A stretch of 35,031 nucleotides of DNA from a virus (taxonomy: Duplodnaviria > Caudoviricetes). Below the pieces are notes generated by a model. It did not search any database, was not told the DNA's origin, and worked only from the letters and a program-made list of their open reading frames with translations. A program made the position numbers and the translations under genes. Location: positions 1 through 35,031 of IMG/VR virus record IMGVR_UViG_3300033067_001100; one strand, written 5' to 3'. Positions 8,768-18,705 of the stretch are shown one piece after another; the stretch's first letter is position 1; each line of letters begins with the position of its first letter.

Positions 8768-9613
8768 GTGTCCTCCGTGACCACTGAAGAACTGAGCATT
8801 GCCAACACCGAACCAGCGGCAAGCCCTGAAGCAAAAACCACGATCGATGTGGAGGCGAAAGAGGTCAAGACTGGTGATGAAAACACCGAAGGCGAAGGCC
8901 ATGAGGGCGAAGAGGCCAAGGCCAAGCCGGAGAAAACACCCGAAGAGCGTGAACGGGCGCGAATGCAGCGCGGCATTGACCGTCGTACCCGTCAACTCGC
9001 TGAGGCCCGGGCAGAAGCAGAATATTTGCGCCAGCAGTTGACACAGGGGCGAAACAAGCAAGACAATGCACCATCCGCAGACGATAGCGAACCTCTATCG
9101 CTGACTCGGGCACAGATTGACGAGATGGTTAAAGCAGAAGCTGAAAAGCTCGCGCCGACCATCAACGACAAGGCCCTCGAAGTCCAGCGACGCCAGAGCG
9201 TGATTCAGTCGCTTGCCAAAACGTGGGGCCAAGAGAAATTCGACGAGCTTTCATCCGATCTGGATGACGCCGTCGGCGGACTGACAGACAGCAGCGGCAG
9301 CATCAAGCCTGCCATCGAAGCTATCTTCGAAGCCGATGAACCTGCCAAGGTTATCGAATACCTCGCCGACCCGGACAACCTCGAAGAAGCTGAGCGCATT
9401 GCGCGCATGGGGCCGATTCAAGCAGGCAAGGCAATTGCCAAGCTCGAATCCAAGCTTTCCACGCAAGCGCCCAAGCCCAAGACGAAGGTTTCAAACGCTC
9501 CCGCACCGCTGGAAGTTGTGCGCGGGCAGGGGAAAGTTACTGGTGCGCCAGACCCATCCGACACCAAGGCGTGGATGCGCTGGCGCAATGAGCAAGAGCG
9601 AAAAGGGCTCTGA
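8768..9613 (+). CDS. Scaffolding protein
   Basis: Acidic and coiled-coil; lies between portal and coat; VSNAPAP C-terminus. Confidence 0.8.
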   Translation: MSSVTTEELSIANTEPAASPEAKTTIDVEAKEVKTGDENTEGEGHEGEEAKAKPEKTPEERERARMQRGIDRRTRQLAEARAEAEYLRQQLTQGRNKQDNAPSADDSEPLSLTRAQIDEMVKAEAEKLAPTINDKALEVQRRQSVIQSLAKTWGQEKFDELSSDLDDAVGGLTDSSGSIKPAIEAIFEADEPAKVIEYLADPDNLEEAERIARMGPIQAGKAIAKLESKLSTQAPKPKTKVSNAPAPLEVVRGQGKVTGAPDPSDTKAWMRWRNEQERKGL

Positions 9614-9652
9614 TTTTTCAATTCTTAACGCTGAGAAGCGCTGGAGCAAACA

Positions 9653-10927
9653 ATGGCAAACGCACTAGTTACCGCAACCGTAGTGACCAATGAAGTCCTT
9701 CGGATCGCGCACAATTCATCGGCCTTCCTGGGCAATGTCAATACCGACTATGACAGCGCCTGGGATGGTCAATACAAACCCGGCTCAACCGTCAAGGCCC
9801 GTGCCCCGGTGCAGTTCACCCACCGCGACGGCGAAACCGCCAGCGTGCAGGACGTAACCGAACGATCGGTGGATGTGGCCCTGCAGCCTCTGCTGGGTCT
9901 GGATTTCGCTGTGGGATCTACCGATCTGACGGCCTCCGTTGGCTCCAATGGCAGCATCAACAAGGCATTCCAGGAGCGCTACCTCAAGCCCGCAGGTTTG
10001 AAGCTGGCCGCACTGCTGGATTACCGCATCGCCACGCTGATGAAAAACGGCTTTCACCAGATCGTTGGCACGCCCGGCACGCCCCCTGCGTCGGTTGCTG
10101 ACATCCTGAACGCCCAGGTGCCCCTGGACCGCATGAGCGTCCCCCGCGATGGCAACCGCATGGCTGCCATTGAACCGGGTGCCAATGCCACCATTGTGGC
10201 TGGTCTGTCCACCCTGTTCAACAACCAATCCATGCTGGGTGACCAGTACAAGACCGGCGTGTTGAAAACTGGCATGGGCCTGGACTTCGCCATGAGCCAG
10301 AACGTGCCTTCCCACACCGTGGGCCCGCTGGGTGGCACCCCGCTGGTGAACGGCGCCAACCAAGGTCTGATCAATGCTGGCGCGACCGACAACCCGTTTG
10401 CCGCGACCACCTCGCTGATCACCGATGGCTGGACTGCTGCTGCAGCTGCCCGCCTGAACCAGGGTGACACCTTCACCATTGCCGGCGTGTATTCGGTCAA
10501 CCCCGAGACCAAGGCCAGTACCGGTGTTCTGCAGTCGTTCCTGGTGACTGCGAACACGTCTTCGGACGGCTCCGGAAATGCCACGGTGGTGATCAGCCCG
10601 GCCATCATCGCCGGTGGTGCCTACCAGAACGTGACTGCCCGACCTGCCGATAACGCCGCGCTGACCATCACCTCCGGTACCGCCAGCACCACCTACACCC
10701 AGAACTTGGTCTGGCACAAGGACGCGTTCACCTTCGTGTCGCCCAAGCAGGAACTGCCAGGGGGAATGGACATGGCCTACCAGGCATCCATGGCTGATGA
10801 AGGTGGCGTGTCGCTGCGCTTCGTGCGCGGATTCGACATCACCAATAACCGTTTCGTCAGCCGCTTCGACATCCTCTGGGGTGGCGCTGTGACCCTGCCG
10901 AACTTCGGTGTGCGTCGTACTAACTAG
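9653..10927 (+). CDS. Major capsid protein (P22 gp5-like)
   Basis: KPGSTVKARAP, SRFDILWG; 424 aa; GGAG RBS. Confidence 0.92.
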   Translation: MANALVTATVVTNEVLRIAHNSSAFLGNVNTDYDSAWDGQYKPGSTVKARAPVQFTHRDGETASVQDVTERSVDVALQPLLGLDFAVGSTDLTASVGSNGSINKAFQERYLKPAGLKLAALLDYRIATLMKNGFHQIVGTPGTPPASVADILNAQVPLDRMSVPRDGNRMAAIEPGANATIVAGLSTLFNNQSMLGDQYKTGVLKTGMGLDFAMSQNVPSHTVGPLGGTPLVNGANQGLINAGATDNPFAATTSLITDGWTAAAAARLNQGDTFTIAGVYSVNPETKASTGVLQSFLVTANTSSDGSGNATVVISPAIIAGGAYQNVTARPADNAALTITSGTASTTYTQNLVWHKDAFTFVSPKQELPGGMDMAYQASMADEGGVSLRFVRGFDITNNRFVSRFDILWGGAVTLPNFGVRRTN

Positions 10928-10931
10928 GCAC

Positions 10932-10956
10932 AAAGGGGGCTTCGGCCCCCATTTTT
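10932..10956 (+). terminator. Rho-independent terminator
   Basis: GGGGGC-TTCG-GCCCCC-ATTTTT. Confidence 0.85.
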
Positions 10957-10982
10957 GTCACCACTTTTCAAGGAAATTCGCC

Positions 10983-11468
10983 ATGCCCGCCATTCCATCA
11001 ACCATTCCCCGCCTCAATTCAGGCGGCTCCGTCATAGGTACTGGTCAATTCCGTCAGGTTATTGACGGCGTTGGCGCAACCCGCACCCTCGCACCCGAAG
11101 AATCGGGCTCTCTGTGCCTGTTCGACTCCGCCGCTGGTGTCGTTTACACGCTTCCAGCTCCCGTAGTTGGTATGCAGTTCGAGTTTCTGACCAAGACCAC
11201 GATCACCTCGAACTCGGCCAAGATCGTCACCAACGCGGCCACCACGTTCATGACTGGCGGCCTGGCCACCGTCAACAGCGGCGCGGCCACGGGTCAGTTC
11301 TTCGCAGCCAACGGCACCACGCACCGTTCCACCAACGGTAACGGCACGACCACGGGCGGCATCATCGGCGACCTCATCCGCTGCACGGCCATCAGCTCCA
11401 CCGTATGGGCTGTGGATGGTGTGGTGAACAACACCGGCACCGCTGCCACTCCGTTCGCAACGTCTTAA
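10983..11468 (+). CDS. Probable capsid decoration/accessory virion protein
   Basis: Thr/Gly/Ala-rich beta-type sequence immediately after the coat gene. Confidence 0.6.
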   Translation: MPAIPSTIPRLNSGGSVIGTGQFRQVIDGVGATRTLAPEESGSLCLFDSAAGVVYTLPAPVVGMQFEFLTKTTITSNSAKIVTNAATTFMTGGLATVNSGAATGQFFAANGTTHRSTNGNGTTTGGIIGDLIRCTAISSTVWAVDGVVNNTGTAATPFATS

Positions 11469-11475
11469 CCCAGCA

Positions 11476-11503
11476 AGGGCTGGCCGCAGGGCTGGCCCTT
11501 TTT
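11476..11503 (+). terminator. Rho-independent terminator
   Basis: AGGGCTGGCC-GCA-GGGCTGGCCC-TTTTT imperfect hairpin. Confidence 0.55.
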
Positions 11504-11531
11504 GCGATTCCGAAGAAAACATGGAGAAAAC

Positions 11532-11786
11532 ATGGACTACCCCCTGAATCTGCAACTCCCTGCACCCGCAATCGGTTTTGCAGTGGCGAACGACGAGGCC
11601 GAACACATTGCCCTGTCCGAACATGGCTACCAACCTGCTTTCGTTGCTTCCGATGCCGATCCTGCAGAGGCTGACGCCACTGGAAAGACCGTAGAAAGCG
11701 TGCGCGCAGAGCTGGACGCGCTGGGCATCCCCTACAGCAAGCGCCTGGGCCTGTCCCGCCTGATTGAACTTCTTCCCGCCGACTGA
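11532..11786 (+). CDS. Hypothetical protein (C-terminal HeH/LEM-like segment)
   Basis: GGAG RBS; VRAELDALGIPYSKRLGLSRLIELL. Confidence 0.65.
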   Translation: MDYPLNLQLPAPAIGFAVANDEAEHIALSEHGYQPAFVASDADPAEADATGKTVESVRAELDALGIPYSKRLGLSRLIELLPAD

Positions 11787-11792
11787 TACAGC

Positions 11793-12440
11793 ATGAACGC
11801 TCTGGAAATCATCAACGACGCCTACGAGCGGTGCAACAAGCTCACGCCGGGTGAGCCCCTGAGCGCGGACGATGCGGCCTTTGCCCTGCGTAAGCTGAAC
11901 TTGCTGGTGGACGAGCTTTCAGCCAAGACGCTGTTCCTTTACAAGAACGTGCTGACCAGCGCAGCGCAGACCGGCCACATCACGCTGGGCGCTGGTGCCT
12001 GGGCTGCAATCGAGCCAGGCTCTGAAATCGTCAGCGCAACCTGCGATGGAATTCCCATGGATCCCATCACCATGCAGCAGTACAACGCCGTCTATATGCC
12101 GGGCACGGTGGGCACACCCAGCCTCTATGCGCATGACGGTCTGAGCACGGTCTACCTGGTGGACGTTCCCAATGGACAGACGATCAAGCTGCAGACCCGT
12201 ACCACCGTGACCGCGTTTGCAGACATGGCCACTGAATACACGGCCCCGCCTGGATTCAAGGCTGCCCTGGGCGCTGGTCTGGCAGTGCGTATCGCTCCCA
12301 CCATCGCCGGAGGCGTGACAGCGGACATGCTGCGTGCAGAGAAAGCGGCCATGGGTGCGATCAATGTCTCCGACCCTGCCATCGTGGATGTGCACAGCTT
12401 CTCGGGCGGTGGCATTCAATACCCTGCGAGGTTGTTCTGA
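11793..12440 (+). CDS. Head-tail adaptor (P22 gp4-like position)
   Basis: IINDAY...GEPLSADDAAFALRKLN...LAVRIAP. Confidence 0.7.
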   Translation: MNALEIINDAYERCNKLTPGEPLSADDAAFALRKLNLLVDELSAKTLFLYKNVLTSAAQTGHITLGAGAWAAIEPGSEIVSATCDGIPMDPITMQQYNAVYMPGTVGTPSLYAHDGLSTVYLVDVPNGQTIKLQTRTTVTAFADMATEYTAPPGFKAALGAGLAVRIAPTIAGGVTADMLRAEKAAMGAINVSDPAIVDVHSFSGGGIQYPARLF

Positions 12441-13285
12441 TGTCAGACAACCCGCTTCAACGACTTGCGCCACCGGCCAGGCGTAATGCGCTTCAGGCGC
12501 TTGTCGATGTTGCGCGTGGCGCAAGTAATAGCGCGGCATCCACTGTGAGTACTCCAGTGGATGGTATTGCTTGGCTATTGCGTAAAGCTGGAGTTCCAGT
12601 GCCGAAAAGCCCTGTTGGTGGCAGTGAATGGATGGCGCAAAACGGATTTACATCGACGCCAGACGATGCCAACATGGGATTGCTTGGGGAGGCCATCGGC
12701 GGTATTTCACCGATGCTTGTTGCTGCGAAAGGACCACAAATAGCGCGAGTCATTAATCAGGCAGCCAGCAATATTTCATCTCCTGGATTGCTTAGTTCGC
12801 AGGCAGGGATGATCCGCATATCTGGTCGTGGCCAAATTCCTGAGACGCGCGGAGATGTGAACAAACTTGCAGACAGATTTGGCAGTCTCTTGGATGACGC
12901 CGGGGTGCAATACACGCATGACAAGAGCAGACTCTCTCCGGCACGTTATTTTGAATTTGACAATCCACAGACGGCAGCAAGTGAACTTGGGCCAGATCGT
13001 TTCAAGGTTCGTATTAGTGACCACAGGAATGTTCATGGCGCGGACATTAGCGTTGATCCAGTTACTGGTGGCACGTTTGAGGAGATGCTGCAGTCAGTCC
13101 GAGATATTGGAATCCCCGTAGGTGACAAAGTAAAACCAGCCTCAAAGTCCGTGATTGACGACGCAACACTTCAAAAAATTTATGGCCTTTCAGTTGAAGA
13201 GATGCGATCCAGAGGAATGAATTTGGATGCCCTCCGTGCCAGATACAAAATGGGTAAAAAAGGATATTGGGAGCAGCGCGAATGA
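12440..13285 (+). CDS. Hypothetical protein, possibly an extra ejected/internal protein
   Basis: Lower-GC ORF; Ala/Gly-rich N-terminus; RYFEF...VRISDH C-terminal domain. Confidence 0.6.
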   Translation: MSDNPLQRLAPPARRNALQALVDVARGASNSAASTVSTPVDGIAWLLRKAGVPVPKSPVGGSEWMAQNGFTSTPDDANMGLLGEAIGGISPMLVAAKGPQIARVINQAASNISSPGLLSSQAGMIRISGRGQIPETRGDVNKLADRFGSLLDDAGVQYTHDKSRLSPARYFEFDNPQTAASELGPDRFKVRISDHRNVHGADISVDPVTGGTFEEMLQSVRDIGIPVGDKVKPASKSVIDDATLQKIYGLSVEEMRSRGMNLDALRARYKMGKKGYWEQRE

Positions 13286-13421
13286 TCAAAGCTCCACAAA
13301 CTGCTAAAGCGCACCCTGAACCTTTGTATTTACTCTCTAGCGAGTCAGGTATTTTGAAAACGTTCATGAATTTCCTATTTTTTTGGAAGTACGCCTGATG
13401 GCCGCACAGCCCTACGTCCAA

Positions 13422-13946
13422 TCAAATGGTGCAGCCAGCGTGGTCTTTGCGCTTTGCCTCAAGGTAGGCCGCATGCGCTTCTTCGGGGGTGTCGAAAATT
13501 CCAAGATAGCGGCGCACTTTGTTCGTCTTGATTGTCGCCGTCCATTTTGTGGTGACTCTTCGACCAACGCCGCTTTTAGCGATGGTCACACCAAGAAGTT
13601 TGCTCGAATTTGCTGCATTCCCATTGCGCATGTTCTGAGCATTTATGCTGCGCTCTGCGTCTCGAAGGTTGGCAAATCGGTTGTCGGATCGGTTTCCGTT
13701 GATATGGTCAATCTCATCAACCGGCCACTCTCCGGTCATGTACAGCCACGCAAGGCGATGCCCATAGTGGTGGCGCTTACCAACTCCAATCACGACATAT
13801 CGGCTCACAGCATTGATGCTACCGACAGTCTGTCCTGGCACCCATCTTTTTGGGCCTGGGTTTTCCAAGCGAGTAAACACGCCCGTTTCGGGATCGTAAT
13901 GAAGAAGCTCGCGCAGACGCTGCGCGGTAAGATCGGCAATAGCCAT
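13422..13946 (-). CDS. HNH endonuclease with an AP2-like C-terminus
   Basis: LRELLHYDPETGVF, HRLAWLYMTGEWP, IDHINGNRSDNRFANLR, YLGIFDTPEEAHAAY. Confidence 0.9.
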   Translation of the reverse strand: MAIADLTAQRLRELLHYDPETGVFTRLENPGPKRWVPGQTVGSINAVSRYVVIGVGKRHHYGHRLAWLYMTGEWPVDEIDHINGNRSDNRFANLRDAERSINAQNMRNGNAANSSKLLGVTIAKSGVGRRVTTKWTATIKTNKVRRYLGIFDTPEEAHAAYLEAKRKDHAGCTI

Positions 13947-14033
13947 GATGCACTCCAGTTGCTGATTGGTCAGAGGCCCTGGAGTGTTAGCGCACTGCCG
14001 GGGCTTCGCTATTTTACTTTGGGGCCTGCATAA

Positions 14034-15410
14034 ATGGTGGCCAATTCTGTCGTAAATGCGGTTGGACCTTCGTATCACCTGGCGGATGTGAAAGCGGCTT
14101 GCCAGTCGGCAATCAACTGCTACCCGCAAAAGCTCGATGGTGATTCCTGGATGCTGGCCAGCAGCCCGGGCGAGGTGCAGATTGCCGACCTGAACTATGA
14201 GATTCGCGGCTCCAAGAATGTGCAGGGCCGCTGGTTTGTAGTGGCCGGAAACACGCTGTATGAGGTTACCGCTGCAGGCACTGCAACCGCGCGCGGTACG
14301 CTCTCCAGCGCCACCGGCTTCGTCGGTATGGACGATAACAAGACCCAGTTGGCAATCGTGGATGGCCCAAACCTCTACGTGTTCACCCTGGGCACCAACA
14401 CCCTGACCACAGTCAGCGCAAGCGGCTGGCGCGGCTCGGACGATGTGTACGAGATGGATGGGTACTTCATCTTTGTGGACCCTGATACCGACCAGTTCTA
14501 TGTCTCTGCAATAGATGACGGCACCAGCCTGGATGCGTTGGATTTCTCCAGCGCTGACTCTGCGCCGGACAACATCGTGACCCATCGTGTGATGCATCGG
14601 CAGCTCTGGCTGTTTGGTGACATCAGTACCGAAATCTGGATCGACAGTGGGGAATTGGCTTTCCCCTTCACCCGGTACAACAGTTACACCATGGACGTGG
14701 GCTGCGTGGGCAAGCGGGCGGCCATCAACGCGGCCGACACCTTGTTTTGGATTGGCAAGACCGAGCGCGGCACGGGTATCGTCTACATGGCAAGCGGCAA
14801 CCAGCCGCAGCGGGTGTCCACCATGGCGGTGGAGCAGGCCCTGGCCGCAAGTACCGACATTTCAGCGGCCACCATGTGGACGTACCAGATCGAGGGGCAT
14901 GAGTTCATTGCCATCAATGCGCCGGGCCTGTCCACCACCTGGGTATTTGATGCAGCTGTGCAGCAGTGGCACGAACGGGCAGAGTGGGATGCCGGATGGA
15001 TGCCATTGCGCTCCATGCTGGTGACCGCCTACGCGGGTGAGCACTTCGCAGGCACGGCCGATGGCAAGCTGGTGCGCCTGGACGCCAGTGTGAACAATCT
15101 GGCCGGTCGTGTTCTGGTGCGTGAGCGGACGTGGCCGCACCTCAAGAAGGCCAGTATGGAGCCCATGAGCTTCTTTGGCTTGGAGTTGTCCATGAATACC
15201 GGGAGCGGTGGGTTTGTGACGCTGGAGATCAGCAATGATGGCGGCAATACCTTTGGCCCCAAGCTGTTGCGCTCCTTGGGTGCCATTGGCCGCTGGATGC
15301 AAAAGATTCGCTGGCTGGGCCTTGGATCGGCCTACAACCGGGTGTTTCGCATCCGGTGCAGTGACGATGTGCCGTTCTCCATCTATGACGCTGCGGTGGA
15401 TGCGCGATGA
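14034..15410 (+). CDS. Packaged-DNA stabilisation / tail hub protein (P22 gp10-like)
   Basis: 458 aa beta-rich; SAPDNIV, GHEF, WHER; synteny. Confidence 0.85.
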   Translation: MVANSVVNAVGPSYHLADVKAACQSAINCYPQKLDGDSWMLASSPGEVQIADLNYEIRGSKNVQGRWFVVAGNTLYEVTAAGTATARGTLSSATGFVGMDDNKTQLAIVDGPNLYVFTLGTNTLTTVSASGWRGSDDVYEMDGYFIFVDPDTDQFYVSAIDDGTSLDALDFSSADSAPDNIVTHRVMHRQLWLFGDISTEIWIDSGELAFPFTRYNSYTMDVGCVGKRAAINAADTLFWIGKTERGTGIVYMASGNQPQRVSTMAVEQALAASTDISAATMWTYQIEGHEFIAINAPGLSTTWVFDAAVQQWHERAEWDAGWMPLRSMLVTAYAGEHFAGTADGKLVRLDASVNNLAGRVLVRERTWPHLKKASMEPMSFFGLELSMNTGSGGFVTLEISNDGGNTFGPKLLRSLGAIGRWMQKIRWLGLGSAYNRVFRIRCSDDVPFSIYDAAVDAR

Positions 15411-15781
15411 GTTCCGTATCGTTCCCCCAAGCCCGCATTCCCATTGGCTACGCCATGGTCAACGGCCAGCGCGTGCCGGTAGAAGTCGACCAGGAATGGA
15501 TGCGCTCCTTCTCCGCTTTGCTGGACCGATCCGGCGGCGTGAGTGGTAGCACGGCCTTTGCCGAATACCTGCCGATCTTCTTCGATGTGCAGCCAACCGA
15601 TCCAGCACTACAAGAGGCCCTGCGCGCCGTGGATGAGCTGCGCAACGAACTGGCATCCACCCGGGCTGATTTGCAGGCCCTGCGCTCGATGCTGGACGAT
15701 GCCATGGCGCTGCTTGATGTAGGCCAGCCATCCAATGAGCTGCGAAACCGAATTGAACAGATTGAAGGGAGATTGATGTGA
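15407..15781 (+). CDS. Hypothetical tail protein (coiled-coil, gp26-like position)
   Basis: Coupled to the gp10-like gene; EWMRSF motif. Confidence 0.6.
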   Translation: MSSVSFPQARIPIGYAMVNGQRVPVEVDQEWMRSFSALLDRSGGVSGSTAFAEYLPIFFDVQPTDPALQEALRAVDELRNELASTRADLQALRSMLDDAMALLDVGQPSNELRNRIEQIEGRLM

Positions 15782-16119
15782 CTATTTCTTACAGCCAGTT
15801 CATGGCGCCCACGGTGCTGGGGGCTGCTGCAGCCACGCTGTTCACAGTTCCTGCAACCCCGGCATCCATCTTGCTGCGCGGTGGCCGTATGCGCCTGACC
15901 AATACCACGGCGGGCCCTGTGACAGCCACGCTCTATGCCGTTCCCTTGGCGGGCGCTGCTGCCGATGGCAATGCATTCCTGAAGGGCAAGTCCATTGCAG
16001 CAAATGACTATTTGGACATCGATGTGCCGCTGATGGGGCCGGGTGCTTTCGTGCAGGGCTTGGCCAGTGCAGCCACTTCGATCACTGCGCACATGATCTC
16101 TGGGAGTTTGTTCTCGTGA
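15778..16119 (+). CDS. Hypothetical virion protein
   Basis: GTG start, translationally coupled; beta-rich. Confidence 0.6.
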   Translation: MTISYSQFMAPTVLGAAAATLFTVPATPASILLRGGRMRLTNTTAGPVTATLYAVPLAGAAADGNAFLKGKSIAANDYLDIDVPLMGPGAFVQGLASAATSITAHMISGSLFS

Positions 16120-16565
16120 CTGAAGTCTCTGCATCAATGCGCCAGAAGGTCGAGACGTTGGAGTTTGAGTTGTCCAATGTCCCGCAAGTGAATTGCCCTG
16201 TGCGCCACTATTTCGCTCCCGGCTTATATGCCCGCGAAATCACTATCCCAAAAGGCACGGTTTTGACTGGCGCAGTGCACAAAACCGAGAACATCGCAAT
16301 TTTGTCAAAGGGCACTTTGCGACTTGTGACCGATGACGGCACTGTGGAAATCAGTGCACCCCATGTCCTGACCGTTCGGCCTGGAATGAAGAATGCAGCG
16401 CTGGCTCTTGAGACGGCTGTGTGGACAAACTTCTTCCCAACGACAGAGACCGACACCGACAAGCTGGTGGAACTTTTGACCGAATCGAAAGCCTGTGACC
16501 TTCTTGGTGGGTCTGAAAACTTGCAACTTGCAGCCAATCGGGCGGCAGAAAGAATAGGGGTTTGA
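16116..16565 (+). CDS. Hypothetical cupin-like phage protein
   Basis: HYFAPGLYAREITIPKGTVLTGAVHK. Confidence 0.7.
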   Translation: MTEVSASMRQKVETLEFELSNVPQVNCPVRHYFAPGLYAREITIPKGTVLTGAVHKTENIAILSKGTLRLVTDDGTVEISAPHVLTVRPGMKNAALALETAVWTNFFPTTETDTDKLVELLTESKACDLLGGSENLQLAANRAAERIGV

Positions 16566-16566
16566 C

Positions 16567-17244
16567 ATGTCATTCGGAATGTCCGCAGGTACCGCCGCGC
16601 TAGTTGGAACAATTGGCGGGGCACTCATTTCGTCCAGCGCAACCAGAAGCGCATCAAGTCAGCAAGCAGATGCCACCGCAGCCTCGCAGGGCGAAAATGC
16701 GCGCCAGTACGATCTGACGCGCAGGGACTATGCGCCGTACCGCGAAGCCGGTGTGAAGGCGCTGGGCCAGCTGCAGGGCGAGATGAACACCATGCCAACC
16801 TCCGCCGAGGTCATGAGCGACCCCGGCTATCAGTTTGGACTGAAACAGGGACAGCAGGCACTGGATCGGAAGGCAGCCGCTGCTGGTGGTCGTGTTTCCG
16901 GAGCAGCCTTGAAAGCAGCTAGTGAGTACGGCACCAACTATGCGACCACCGGCTACAACGCGGCCTACCAGCGCAGGCAGGACCGCCTGAACCGCTTGGC
17001 GGCATTGGCCGGGGTTGGGCAGTCTGCTACCGGCTCCAGTGCTGCGGCTGGTTCTGCGATGGCAGGTGCAAATGCCAATCTACTGACCTCGCAAGGCAAC
17101 GCAAGCGGAGCAGCGACATTGGCCCAGGGGAACATCTGGGGCAATGCAGTGAATCAGCTTGGGGCTATTGGGCAGCGTTGGGCGAATCAACCCGCTGCAG
17201 TGCAGCCAGGCGCAGCCGTAACTGTTGGCGGGTATCAGGGGTAA
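16567..17244 (+). CDS. DNA ejection protein (gp7-like)
   Basis: Ala/Gly-rich; PYREAG, PGYQFGL, SGAALKA. Confidence 0.8.
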   Translation: MSFGMSAGTAALVGTIGGALISSSATRSASSQQADATAASQGENARQYDLTRRDYAPYREAGVKALGQLQGEMNTMPTSAEVMSDPGYQFGLKQGQQALDRKAAAAGGRVSGAALKAASEYGTNYATTGYNAAYQRRQDRLNRLAALAGVGQSATGSSAAAGSAMAGANANLLTSQGNASGAATLAQGNIWGNAVNQLGAIGQRWANQPAAVQPGAAVTVGGYQG

Positions 17245-17247
17245 AAC

Positions 17248-18705
17248 ATGGCATCAGAAAACATTTTTCAGCAATACCTGCAGCCCGTTCGCTCGGTGCA
17301 GGACTACTCCAACGACATGGATCGGCAGGAGCAGAATGCCTTGACATTGGCCGCTGGCCGCATGAAGGCCAAGGCAGACCAGCAGGCCATGGCAGACGAC
17401 CAAGCCTATCGAGAGGCGGCCATGCAGTCCGGAGGCGACCAAAACGCACTGGTCAAGGCTCTCATGGGGCGTGGGCTGGTGAAGCAGGCGCAGACAGTTC
17501 AAACTGGCATGTTGGAAACTGACGCCAAGCGAGCAACTACAGCAAAAACGAAGGTAGAGATAGATGAGAAGACTTTCGATTTGGCAAAGAAGGCGCACTC
17601 CATCTATCAAAACACCCTTGGTGCCCTTGCCTATGACCCAGAGCTATCCAAGGAAAAAGCAATCGCTGCTGGCAAGCAACTCGTTGACGCCGGGATATTG
17701 AAGCCTGATATGTACCAGTCATCCATCCAAAACATGCCGGATGACCCTGTTCAACTGAAGCAGACCCTATTGCGTGGAGTTCATGCTCAGTTGACACCTG
17801 ATCAACTGATTACAACCTTCGCACCAAAGCCCACTGAGGTGACAACGGGCCAGCAGAAGTTCTTCGTGGACAACAACCCGAACAGCAAGACATTCGGCCA
17901 GCGCGTGGGGGCTGAGCCGGTGCAGATGGTTGCCACGCCCGGTGAGGTAATGACTGATCAGCGCGCGCGAGAAGAAGGCGCGGCAAATCGCGGTGTGACC
18001 ATGCGCGGCCAGAGCATGACCGATGCGCGCATGCGAGAGTCTAATGGCAAGGCACCTCCCGGCTACATCTGGGGCCCAGCTGGCGCTGACGGTGTTCCGA
18101 CGCTGATTGCCGCCAAGGGCGGGCCGGCCGATTTGAAGATGGTCGGTGCACTCAATCAGGACACCCAGGCGCTTACCGGATCGGTGAACAGCATGGATCG
18201 TCTGGCTTCGGTTGCCAATGAAGTCCTCAACCATCCAGGATTGAAGGGGATTTCTGGCATGCGCGGTGCACTGCCCAATATGCCAGGCAGTGATGCGGCT
18301 GACGCGCAGGCGCTGCTTGGAACTCTGAAATCGCAGGTTGGCTTTGGTGTTCTGCAGGACATGCGCAACAACAGCAAGACCGGTGGCGCGCTCGGAAGTG
18401 TGTCGGATGCTGAGGGTAAGCGCCTGGAAGCGAATCTGGCCGCGCTCGACAAATCGCAGTCGCTGGACCAGTTCAAGAGCAATCTGGCCAAGATCATCAA
18501 GTATTCGGACGAAGCCAAAGGCCGTCTGCGGGAGGCCTACAACCTCAAGCACGGGTATTCGAGCGTGCAGCCGAGCCAGGCGCAAGGTGGTGCCGCTGCG
18601 GCGCTGCCAGCGACCAATCAGCAGGGCTGGGCGCTTCACACGGACGCCAAGGGCAATCAGGCCTACGTGAGCCCGGACGGGAAACAGTTCCAGGAGGTGA
18701 AGTAA
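17248..18705 (+). CDS. DNA ejection protein (gp20-like position)
   Basis: Helical, 485 aa; GGALGSVSDAEG; synteny. Confidence 0.7.
   Translation: MASENIFQQYLQPVRSVQDYSNDMDRQEQNALTLAAGRMKAKADQQAMADDQAYREAAMQSGGDQNALVKALMGRGLVKQAQTVQTGMLETDAKRATTAKTKVEIDEKTFDLAKKAHSIYQNTLGALAYDPELSKEKAIAAGKQLVDAGILKPDMYQSSIQNMPDDPVQLKQTLLRGVHAQLTPDQLITTFAPKPTEVTTGQQKFFVDNNPNSKTFGQRVGAEPVQMVATPGEVMTDQRAREEGAANRGVTMRGQSMTDARMRESNGKAPPGYIWGPAGADGVPTLIAAKGGPADLKMVGALNQDTQALTGSVNSMDRLASVANEVLNHPGLKGISGMRGALPNMPGSDAADAQALLGTLKSQVGFGVLQDMRNNSKTGGALGSVSDAEGKRLEANLAALDKSQSLDQFKSNLAKIIKYSDEAKGRLREAYNLKHGYSSVQPSQAQGGAAAALPATNQQGWALHTDAKGNQAYVSPDGKQFQEVK

Noticed and set aside
13383-14033. 216-aa plus-strand ORF
   Set aside because: It is the antisense shadow of the clear HNH gene.
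13947-14597. N-terminal extension of the 391-aa HNH ORF
   Set aside because: It overlaps the gp10-like gene; the real start is probably 13946.
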